A DNA stretch of 64,000 bases from Azolla caroliniana. Its lineage: Eukaryota; Plantae; Polypodiophyta. The DNA lies in contig JBHGNT010000018.1 of assembly GCA_043228905.1 (NCBI GenBank), positions 14,136,001-14,200,000 of the forward strand, in the 5' to 3' direction. Below the pieces are notes generated by a model. That model searched no databases. It was not told where the DNA came from and worked only from the letters and a program-made list of their open reading frames with translations. Both the position numbers and the translations under genes were made by a program. Positions 1-11,500 of this stretch are shown here, one piece after another; positions within the stretch are counted from its first letter, which is position 1; each line of letters starts with the position of its first letter.

Positions 1-914
1 TCAGCCACTGTCATGTCGCGTTGACGCACATTGCTCAACTCTTGTCGGAGTTGGAGCTTCCTGGTTGTGGTGCTTGCAACGAAAATCTTTTTCAGATTTC
101 CCCAAGCATCCTTCGGCGTTCTTGCATCCTGAATGTAGCTCAAGAGTTGTTCGCTCACACAGGACGTGAAGCAGTAGAGAACTCTGCTTGTTGACTGTTC
201 CCAAGCCGAGAAGTCTATGTGTGTGGATTCCGGTGCTACATCATTCGCTCCATCAACATAGCTCCAGTATCCATGTCCAAGCAGGTACTGGTGCATCTTG
301 TACGACCAAGATGCATAGTTACTTCTGTCGAGCTTCTCAGTTGGAAGCGAACTAGCCATACCTCTATCCATTTTTTATCTTTTCGTTCTTCACCGAGATT
401 AGGTTTTTTTTGTTTTTGTTTCAAGCTGAAGTCAATTGCAAAGGTTCTCAACCCTCGCACTTTGATACCATGTGAAATGTTAAGTGCGAAAGCTATCAAA
501 ACACAGAATACCAATAGAGAAAAAACAGGTTTAATGGAGAGCTTAAGACACAATGTACGCGGGAGAGACAGAGAGGGAAAAACACACAGAAAAAAACTAA
601 ATTCAAAATAATGTGTAAAACTCTGTACATAGGATGTGCTAAGAGAGCACTTTTATACACGTCCATACGGACTGATAGAAGTACTGACACGTACTTCAAT
701 GCTCATAACTGAGCTCCTACACTAACTCCCAAATATATTCCCTCGCGGAATATCTGTTCAACGGCCTCCCGGTTTCCGCACCGATCCGGCCTCTTGTTGC
801 GCACCGGTTTGCGCACCAATTTATGCACCTATCCGGCCTAACCGATCGGTCCAAACCGATCCGGTTCTCGGCTTGCACAGCCGATCTGGCCAATGTTGAG
901 CTTGTATCTCAACA
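1..914 (-). mobile_element. Ty1/Copia family A, 5' end (5' LTR 471-914, PBS, gag start); runs off the window
   Basis: LTR TG..CA at 471-914 resembles the LTRs at 8091 and 54048. PBS TGGTATCAAAGTG on - strand at 458-470. Gag start MASSLPTEKLDRSNYASWSYKMHQYLLGHGYW reads down from 359 and is disrupted further on. Confidence 0.88.
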
Positions 915-919
915 AAGAC

Positions 920-1830
920 GATATATAGTGTGGCTAAGAAAGCTTCTAAGGGAAATCTTGCATAAGAAGTTACAATGGATCATTCAAGTGGTAGAATACT
1001 AGCGAAGAGGATAAAAGATTGAATCGAATGATGGGAGATTTTATGCAATTGAATGATGTAGGGGTTTGGAAAATCGAAGGAGGTGAGAACTCACAAGCAA
1101 ACAATGCAAGAGTTGGGGAAACCATACGATGTGAAAGTTCACTATATGAAGACAAAGTCAGAGGATATAGGATTTATTTATATAAATGTTGAAGCAAATA
1201 GTATTTGGGTAAAGCATTTGAGGGGTGTTTGGATGTATTGTAAGGATGTGGATAAGATGTGTGATTTCTGTGGATTAGAAATGGAGTCTCTTCATCACCT
1301 ATTATGGTCCTATAAGGATGCTAAATTGGTTTAGAAAAGGTTTTTGCATCTCTTGCATGAAGTATATGGCTCTAGAGCATATAAATGGGGGGGAGTGATG
1401 TGGGTTGATATTAAGAGTGAGCTACAAGATTATGAAAAAGAAAAGGTTAGCTTTGCATTGTATACAAGAGGTCGATATGTTGAGGAAGTGTCGCCATATT
1501 CAATACAAAATGGGGTGGTTTGGGAGACGATTAGTTCAATAGTCTTATGAGTTTTTTGGACTAGTTGATGTCAAAGGATATTTCAGGAAATTCAATCGAA
1601 TGATGTGGATGTAGTCAAGGAGATTTGGTTGACTTTGGTGCATTCACTAAAATGAGAATATGATGCTATCAAGGGTGTTTAGATAGTAGGCTTTCGAAAG
1701 GAAGAGGTTTTTAAGAAGATGTGGGAAAGGATGAATGTCTTATTCATGGATAATGGTTGTATATGTTGGGGGTATCAACCACCTCTCTAGGTATTTCCTC
1801 CACTGACATGAAGCATATGGCCATGTAGAA
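920..1830 (+). mobile_element. Degraded L1-type LINE 3' remnant (zf-RVT-like)
   Basis: Fragments CDFCGLEMESLHHLLW and VWETISSIVL resemble the C-terminus of plant L1 ORF2. Many stops; boundaries approximate. Confidence 0.6.
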
Positions 1831-2852
1831 CTGTTCTTGGCAATGCTTTGGGAGATATGTATGTCTGTGGCAACCTAAGAGCAATTGAAAAGGTAAAAAT
1901 ATGAGTTGAAGTATCATGTAAATCACTTTAGACATAATATAAACCATTGTTGGCAAAAAAAACACTTAAAGGGGGAGTGCATGTTATGCACCAGCCACCA
2001 ACTCCTATCATATAAGTCATCAAGAAAACAAGAGGATGTATGGAATATGATAGATGGGTTAACAATTGGGTCTAGCAACATACCATATATATATATATAT
2101 GAGTTTGTTGACAATATTATGGGGCTAGCTTTGAGTTTGCCCACTTAAGTCGTATGTTTATCAACTTCTTAGAAGTAAGTACATGAGGTTAGAGCTCTCA
2201 CTGTATCAAACCCTTTCGTTGTAACAGTGCTTCAGCATCGTGCTAAGAATATACGAATATTTGTATTCACTCCAACATGTGCTCGGTGCCCGAGGATTTA
2301 GGCGCAATGTCCATTGGGTTTGTGTAGAGAGTCCAACGCGAAGAAGATGTAGTTTGAATGGGAGTAGCTAGGCATGCAACCTCCTCCTCCTCCTCCTCTG
2401 CTTCATCTTTTGGTAAGGTCAGGTCTTGTCTTGTCTAGTTTGGTGTGGCTAGGTCAAGTCAGGTCAGGTCAGGTCTTGTGTAGTTTGGTGTGACTAGGTC
2501 AAGTCAAGTATAGCGAGGTTTTCATGTGAACCAAGAAGGTTCATTCATTCATGCACTCGTTCAATCTGAATGAACACACACACACACACACACACACACA
2601 CATTCATGTGTTTCTTGTCCCCTCAGTCTCTCTCTCTCTCTCTCTCTCTCCTCCACTCAACCGCAACACACCAAGACACACAGAAAGAAAGAAAGCAAAA
2701 AAAAGCACCCAAACGGACCTATCACATGTCTCACGCCATTTCAAGCTTTCCCCCCCTATCTCTCTACCCATAGCTTCCATATACATACATACATTAGCAG
2801 TTTGATCTGTGTAAAAAAAACTTCCTTGTTTCCGGTTATTGCCAAGAAATCC

Positions 2853-2864
2853 ATGAAACCCTAA
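2853..2864 (+). promoter_or_regulatory. Telo-box overlapping a 3-codon upstream ORF
   Basis: ATGAAACCCTAA is ATG-AAA-CCC-TAA and contains AAACCCTAA; it ends 30 nt before the main ATG. Confidence 0.4.
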
Positions 2865-2894
2865 ACGATCTACGAGTAACAGAAGCAAAAAAAG

Positions 2895-4871
2895 ATGGAG
2901 AATATGGACTGCAACGAGAGCTGTAACAATCGCTATGGTGTCCTTGACATCGCCTGTGAGTCTCTCTCTCTCTCTCTCTCTGTTGCTCTTGTTTTTCTTC
3001 AAATTTCTGTCTCAGGTTTGGCTATGTATATTGTGAGTTACTTTTCTAAATCTAGCATCGCCTATTTTTTATTGTTTTTTCTGGGATTTTGATGCCCATT
3101 TAATGGGAACCACGAAGGTTTTTCAAATCATGGGATTATTTTGTAGTGTCAATTTCTGCTCTTTTTTATTGAGCTCTGCCATTCTCATCCTAAATGGCTT
3201 CATGTTGAATCATAAAGACTTCCTTTTTGTGCTGGATCTTGGCTTGGTAACTTTCATATTGGGGGTTATATTTGAGGTTCTGAAGATTTTGTAATCGGAA
3301 ATATCTTTTGGACTTCTTCACCCATTTCATGGATTCGTCCCGAACTATGAAAATGTACCCAAAGCTTTCAATCTGCCTGTCTGAGGCCTGATTACATAAT
3401 TTCTGATACACATTAAATCGGTATTGAATGTGAACTGAATTCCCGTCGTTTTTTTGTACAGGGAGAGTGTACTGTAAGAAGGCCTGCAGTAGTGATGGTG
3501 AAAGCTGGGATGAATGTGAGTATTCCATACAATGTTTTTCTTTAACGTATTGTAGGATAATTAAAAGGTCATATATAGTTAACCCTCCTAGAAATGAGCA
3601 TTAAAGTGCCGATCGTAACCATGTACTTAAAGTGATGATATTGAAGCACATGATTGATCATTATACAGGATAAGAGATCTGTTGCACTATTTCTTTTAAT
3701 GTTTCCAGTTAAGAGGATAATATGAACTCTAGGTCACATTATTGTACATAATTTGTAGGTTCAATAGAATCATAGTCTTTTACAATATTTTTTGCGTGCT
3801 TCAATGAAATACAAAGAGAGTTCTTCAAGATTGAAATTTTTATATCTGGTTAAAATGAAAGGAAAAAGGAGTAAACCTCTAATGAAAAATTGAAATTAAA
3901 TGGGGAGCTTCTTAACACATAGGGAATATGTCTAGCTAATCATAATATAGTAAAATGGGGTCACAACAGAAAGGATAGAGTCAAGGTTAGTAACTATTTC
4001 AATTAAAGACCTTGAAAAAGACAAAAAAGAAAAATTGTACATCATTGTAACCATTGAAACTGTATGTCCAAAGCATTATTAATGGTATTATTATTATTAC
4101 TACTACTACTACTACTACTACTATTATTAAAAGAAAAAGAAGAAGAACAGAGTGAAATGCATTGTGAAATTTTGTAGGTAAAGAAGATTGCAAAAGTCTG
4201 TGTCACAAGACACCTGTACTCAAAGAGTATGAGTGGTCAGCACATTTGGCTAGATCTCCAGGTTCTCCGACACAATCTCGGGTTAGTCACTCATTCTCAT
4301 TCACTCACATTTTTGCTTATATACCAAGTAGAGTTCTTGGATAATATGCTCCTTTCATGCCATTCAGATTCTGTGGGAGAGGTTTGTGTTCCGTTCAGAA
4401 TGTGCATACTATTATGACAATTGTATCTTGTAAGGAAATATTTTAGTCAGTGTTATAATATATGATGGAAGTTTGCTCATCGTTGTCACTGAGGATTGTA
4501 TTTTACCATTCTGAGATAAGATCTCATGTTAATTACCTACTATTTTGCCAATAATAATAATATTCATGTGTGTGTTTCTCATTTTCCTCATATTTGTTCT
4601 TTACAGAAATGTGAAAAGGCATGTATTCGAGGCTGTGCTTACAAGGTCTGTAAAAACACATTGCAAGGAGATTTCTCTCTCCTATTGAACATTTCATAGT
4701 GGAGGGTTTCTTGTTTAATATTTTATTTTCTATATATGCCAGTTCAATGTAACAGTATCAGAACTTGCTGCTGCATTACCAAAAAAGCCGCATCCACCTC
4801 ATAAACCTTCCCAATTTCACATGGAAACAAAAGACAAAGTTGATGGCGAGTCACCCGACATATCTGCATAA
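2895..4871 (+). CDS. Small Cys-rich (CX3C-repeat) plant protein of unknown function, 128 aa, 5 exons
   Basis: Exons 2895-2955, 3462-3515, 4178-4281, 4607-4645, 4743-4871; all GT-AG and phase-consistent, 387 nt. Protein: MENMDCNESCNNRYGVLDIAWRVYCKKACSSDGESWDECKEDCKSLCHKTPVLKEYEWSAHLARSPGSPTQSRKCEKACIRGCAYKFNVTVSELAAALPKKPHPPHKPSQFHMETKDKVDGESPDISA. (CA)n/(CT)n tracts lie upstream. Confidence 0.85.
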
Positions 4872-6250
4872 GATAGATCCCTGTAATATCTTGAGATATT
4901 GTAAGGATAAGGTCATGTGGCGTAAGCACCAGCTACAACAGATTGATCTAATGAAGATTCATGATTGATGATTGATCCAACCATGATTGATTTTTACAGC
5001 ATTTGTTAATAATTCCATCAAAATGATGATTGATCCGATTATATGATCGCCCTTTTCAGCATTTCGAAATAAACCTCATTGATGACACGTGTAAATTGTA
5101 TTTCTGAATAGCATTTAGGGTCAAACTTTTTTAGTCTTGAAAAGTTTTTCATGCAAAGGCGAGAGTGGAAACCGAAGTCTATTGTAATACAACATCCAAG
5201 CAATGCAAAAGAAAAATAACTTGTGCGTTTTGTCGGAGTTCATTTAAATGTTTAACTTGCGAGCCAAATTATAATTTTTGTGATACAGTGTCTATGAATA
5301 TGTGAAGAGAAAAGAAATAGTTCATTAATGTCTCTAAATTGTGCTGTTGATGAGGGAAACTGATATGTTCTGAGAACCTGAATGCTAGTGAGAATGAGGT
5401 GCCATACGCAAATATTACAAGTTCATTTGTTAATGCATTTCTGTGACCTTGGTAACAGCAAATTGTGCTCATGTAAGACAGACTAGCGAAATAACCATCA
5501 ATCAAGCTGCCAAGTTAGTTTATGATAAGCTGTTTATAGGATTGTATGGCACAATGGTTTTGGTCAACAAATCAATTGAACAATAATTTATAAAGTGCTC
5601 TAGAAAGTTGGAGGCAGTAGAAGTGCAAAGTTAGTCAATGGTTGGATATGGGCTGCAGTTATGGAAGTATTATTCTTGTTTGGAATCTATCAACCAAAAA
5701 GGTAGATATATTCAAGATGCAAATAAAGCATGTGGCTTGGAAAAATCTCACACAAAATGGTCATATTAGATGGGAACTAGATCTGGAACTAGAAAAAGGA
5801 TAAGAAAAGGGCATGAAGTAATTAAAAAATGAAATAGAAATAGAAACAAGAGCATGGATTGTGGCCAGAACATGATATGAAACATGAGTAAGAATAAGAA
5901 CAAGAACAACAATAGGAATAAGCAATAGAATTGTAGTAGGTTCACAATCAAGAGATAATGCATGCATTGGGATTGATGTAGGTGCAAAGGGTAGCATAAA
6001 AAATTGTCTTAAGATTGTGGTACCAATTATGAAACAAGAAAAGTAGAAGAATGTTGATAGTGGAGATAGGAACAAGATCAAATAGTTGGAGCATGAGCTA
6101 GGTATGTGTGGACTTGATCACAGAGAATATAGATAGATAGATAGATAGATAGATAAGCATGAAAAGGGATTAAAATCAAAAGAATTGCAATCAAAATGTT
6201 TAATTGTATTCATTTGGATGAAAAATGTGAAGGGTTTGAGTCTTGGCAAG

Positions 6251-7837
6251 TGTAAGAGTAAATAACTTTTCCAAGAATAAAAGAGTAAAGGAGTTTTAGG
6301 GTTTGGGCTTCTCCTCTCTCTCTCTTTCTTCTTCTTCTTGGTCTCTTACTTTTTTTAAGAGGGTTTTGGGATAGGGACTCCTCTCATTCCTCTCTTCTTC
6401 TCGAAGAGTTTATGGATCGAGGATTCCCTCTCTTCTTCTTTTTCATAAGGAAATTTAGGGTTTGAACTCCTTCCTTTTATTCTTCTTACATGAGGTGATC
6501 TGAGGGTCAAGGATTCTCTACCTTCTTCCTCTTTTCCTTCTTACTTTATGTTGCTCTCATTGTAATCAAAACTTTATTGTTTTCGTTCTTAATATTATTC
6601 GCGGCAATCTAAGATTGTTTGCTTGCATTCCCGCTATTTGTTTCATTTCATGTTTGTGCTCTATGGCCACATGAGAGTGAGAGAATCAACTTGGGACTCC
6701 ACCCACCTCAATAAAGAAGCCCATGAAAGTGACCCTCAAGATGAGTCCAAGGCATTAAGGGATCCTAAAGCACAACCCGAGCTCAAGCATGTGAAGCTAA
6801 TGCACAATCCCGATCATGCAAGATCAAACCCACGAGCCCGAGCAGACAAGAGCCAACACTTGAAGGGAGCCCATGACAAGCCCATAAATGGGGCCCAACA
6901 AACAAAAGGGATCCACACACAAGGACGGCCCCCCGAAGGGCCCCAACAATAGAAAGGCCAACATACGAAGGGTCAACACACAAAGGGCTAAAACACATAC
7001 CATCGGCCCACCCAAAGGGGGTAGTACAAAAGGGAATATGACACTTATAAACATGCGGGTGAACAATGAGCACTTGTTGACTCACCAAGCACAAGAAATG
7101 GCAACCATCCAAATCATACATGCATGCGTACAATCATACACATGCAATCATTTATACACACATACATTCATGAGTACATGCATACAATCATACACATACA
7201 TACAACTGAACATTCATACAAGCATATCGTACATCCATACATATACAATCATCATGAAACTTTCCTATGCATGCCAAGCAATTGGAATGTATCATGCCTT
7301 GGCCATGAAGAGAAGTGCATCAACCAGGATACCAAGCAACTAAAAGGGTACATGAGATGGAGGTAGTAAGAACCAATAGAGGAAAATGCAAGCCAATAGG
7401 TAGCCAAGTGTGAAATGGCCACACCCACAATGTAAAACTGATATAAACCACACAATGGATTTGTAAAGTTCTCCTAAGTGATTAGAGCTCTAAGCTTCCT
7501 CTCCTCTTTCTTGTAATCATAAGCTTAAGAGAGATTAGTGATAGTGTTTAGTAGAAAAACATTAATCTCTCATCCTTGTTAGTGCTAGACCTCTTAGCAA
7601 AAGGGTTTAATAAATATATTATTGATTCCTATTTGTCTAAGAGAGCAAGTGCAAGAGAGATATAATCGTATATCATTAACCAAGTTAGCGACTCGGAGGT
7701 ATTTGACAACAACCTCCGCCTGGTTCGCCACCAAGAGGGTAAACATCGGTCCAGTCCTTGAGCAAACAACGATATCGACGGGAGGCAAAACTCCATCGAT
7801 CCATAGAAGTGTTTCCGTGCGGCACACAGATCTTACA
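6251..7837 (+). mobile_element. Possible solo LTR (~1.6 kb)
   Basis: Inverted termini TGTAAGA...TCTTACA, non-coding, with internal TAGGGTTT-type subrepeats. No matching TSD (GCAAG vs CTATG). Confidence 0.4.
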
Positions 7838-8543
7838 CTATGCCATCATCATGGTCATTGTCATTGTGTTGAGTGGGCTATTAAATGTCAGCAACATTGT
7901 TTGCATGGTGTCACATTAATCTATTGTAAGTGTTTTTTTAGCTTATTGGTACAAAGGACACACAGATGCACTCTTTGGGTATTGGGAGGTTACTCTTGAC
8001 ACTAACGTGTTGAAAATGATCCTCACCCCAGACTTTTTCACATGCCTTTGGGACACTATTAAAGAAGACCTCCTCCAGGCATATGAGGAGTGTGAATGTT
8101 AACATGCGGAAGCGTTAGACAGAACCGGCTCAGCCGGATAGCAACAGAGAATAAGATGAAGGTTTAATGAAGAAGCTTAATGCACAAAGAGTATACGCGG
8201 GAGAGACAGAGAGAGCAGAACATAAACTCAATTCATAAATGACTTTGAAACTCTCTACATACAATGTGCTATAACAACACTATTTATACAAAGTCCATAA
8301 AGGACTGACAGGTACTTCAATGCTCATACGTGCGACTGACACTAACTACGAGACAATAATTACCTAGTAGTCTAGGCTACTACTAGGCTTCCAGTTCCCG
8401 CTCGAATCCGGTTCTTCGAACCATCTCCCCGATCCAGCTCTTGTTTCCGGATACCAATCTGGCTCTGGATTATTCAGCCAATCTAGATCCAGTTGAGCTT
8501 GCTCGCTCAACACTCCCCCTCAAGCTCAACTTGAGGTCGGATC

Positions 8544-11500
8544 TGTCGAATACATGTGTATAATGGACGTATTCACACTATCCCGTTTTGGCCATTTATG
8601 TAATTAGCATAAAGGGTAGTTGCCCTAAGTCAGTCACTATATATAGTGACCTTGTAACCTCTTTGTGAGGTTGGTTGTTGTATTATTTGCCTTATGAAAT
8701 AAGAAACTCTTTTGTGCCTCTCTCTCTCTCTCTCTCTCTGTGCAACGACCTACATTCTGTCATACGCAGGGAATAAACAGGAATCGAGTGCTTCAAGATC
8801 TTCCGCACTGACGACATTGCTTCCAACATCTGGTATCAGAGCAGAGGTTCGGCCGTCATCACCGCCTGCACAGCATTCGGTTCTTCACTTCATCACGGCC
8901 TGCACAGTATTCGCGTCATTCGAAGAAAGAGAGAAGAAGAACGAAAACGAGGTTTGCACCTCATCGCGTTAGATCCCCTTGCTTGGAGTAAGCCAGCAGG
9001 TTGTACTCTGTCCCTTGTGATCGTAACCGCTCGAGGTGAAATCCCCTTGTGCAACTTTGACAACAACCCAAATTCGTGCTTCATCTGGCTGATCGACATT
9101 CGGGAGGATCAGTCGGATCCGTCTCTCTCGTCGCTGCAGTCACCCGAAGCCGAATCGGTCCAGATAATCGGTTTCAATAATCGGTATTCGGCATATATAT
9201 CCGAAGCGAACCGGGCTCACTCCGACTCGGCGACATTCGGGAAGACCAGTCGGTTCTGTCCCTCAAGTTACCGGAGTCAATTCGAGCAAGTTCAACAATA
9301 CATATATCCGAAGCCGAACCGACTCGGGTTCAAATCCGACTAGAACGATATCGGGTGAGCCAACCGGCTGCACTCCAACAAGATTCGTAGTCAACTCCGA
9401 ACCGAGCTTCGTCAACCGAAACCAAATTTGATGGCATCAACATCCGGCTCGTCAGAAATGAGTCTACGAAAGTTCGATGGATCGAACTTTAACTTCTGGA
9501 AGGAACAAATGCAGGACTATCTCATAGTCAAGGGGCAAATCGATCCCATCGAAAATGAAGAACCTCCAGAAGGATACAAACCAATTGAGTGGCAGAAGCT
9601 GGACAGAATCGTCCGCGCCACGATTCGGATGCACCTATCGGAATCGGTATACTTTACGGTGCAATCGTGTACGACAGCATTCGAACTGTGGAAAACACTG
9701 TCGGACACTTACGAAAAGAAGGTCGCCGCAACAAAGATGTTTCTGATCCGGCGCCTCTACAACTTGCGGATGAAAGAATCCGACTCGGTCCAAGCACACC
9801 TCAATGAGTACGAAAGCATAAGCTCCCAAATCTCGTCACAGGGGACGGCAATCGAGGATGAACTCAGAGCAATGATACTCATGAGCAGCCTTCCCTCATC
9901 ATGGGAAACTTTCGTCACAACCGTGTGCAACGCGTCAACTACGGCTGTCAAATACTCCGAAGTCACGAGCGCAATCCTGACCGAAGCAGCTCGGAGAAAG
10001 TCTTTCGCCAAAGACTCAACAGACGACGCTTACGTAGTACAAGGTTCGACAGACCGATCGAACATACGAGGAAGAGATTCCTCACGACCGCCGAACAATC
10101 AGCGAAGACGGAGCCAGTCACGGGATAACCGAATCTGCAACTACTGCAAGAAACCCGGACACATCAAAGCCGACTGCCGCGCACTCAAGAACAAGAACAA
10201 CAAGAAGAGTGGCCGGCATGAGGAGATCAATTACGTCAGCTTCTCAACTGATGTACTACCGGACGACCCGAATATACTATCAATCGAAAATCCAGTCGGA
10301 TCAGAAGTTCTACTCACGACTGAAGAATCGAGCACATGGCTCTTGGATTCGGGCGCGTCATTTCACGTGACTCCTCATCGATCCCAATTTCGGCAATATA
10401 CGATCCGTCACTCCGACTCAGTTCGAGTCGGTAACTCGCAACACTGTGACATCATCGGAATCGGCACAGTAGAGCTCAACCTTGCCGGTGGCTCTACACT
10501 TGTACTCCACAATGTCCGACATGTACCCGAGCTCTCAAGGCCATTGATCTCAGTCGGACAACTAGATGAAGACGGCATTCGTGCCGGTTTTTCTTCGGGA
10601 GGGTGGACACTCCACAGGGGGAACCTCCTGCTTGCTAGAGGACCCAAGATACACGCCCTGTATCCGTTACATGTTACGCTCCGAGAGGGTAACCTGTTTT
10701 TGGTGGACATTCCTGTGTCATCACTATGGCACAGAAGATTAGGACACCTCAGCAAGGCCGGCATCACGCACCTATCTAGAGCCGGATACATCCCCAAACT
10801 CTCCTTCTCGGACCATCAATTCTGCGAGCATTGCCAGTATGGCAAACAAGTAGCCGCACCACACCCGACATCAGCACCAAGAGAAACGAGACCTCTTGAT
10901 TTAGTCCACTCGGACGTCTGCGGCCCAATGCCGCATCAGTCTCTTGGCGGTGCCTCTTACTTCGTCACCTTTATTGATGATTCGACTCGAAAGGTGTGGG
11001 CTTATCCGATTCGCACCAAAGATCGGGTCTTCTCGATCTTCTCAGATTGGCTCGCTATGGTAGAAAATCAAACCGACCGAAAACTGAAATGCTTTCGGAC
11101 AGACAATGGGGGAGAGTTCAAATCCGAAGAATTCGTCAAATTCTGCCGACAACGCGGCATCCGACGTGAATTTACGGCACCACACAGTCCGGAGCAAAAC
11201 GGGATTGCGGAACGAATGAATCGAACAATCCAAGAACGGATAGTTTCCATGCTCCAACACTCCCGACTGTCGGATGGCTTCTGGGCAGAGGCTCTACTCA
11301 CGGCAGTACACATAATCAATATGTCGCCAAGTAGACCTCTAGGACTTCAAATTCCTCAGGAACTATGGATCGGCAGTAAGCCGAATTACGACAAGCTGAG
11401 GATCTTCGGATGCGAGGCGTACGCCCTTATTCCGAAAAATGATCGCCGAAAACTTGCACCTCGGTCCAGGAAATGCATTTTCCTTGGATATGGATCCGAC

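Noticed and set aside
5480-6120. Possible old gag remnant
   Set aside because: Too degraded to support a call.
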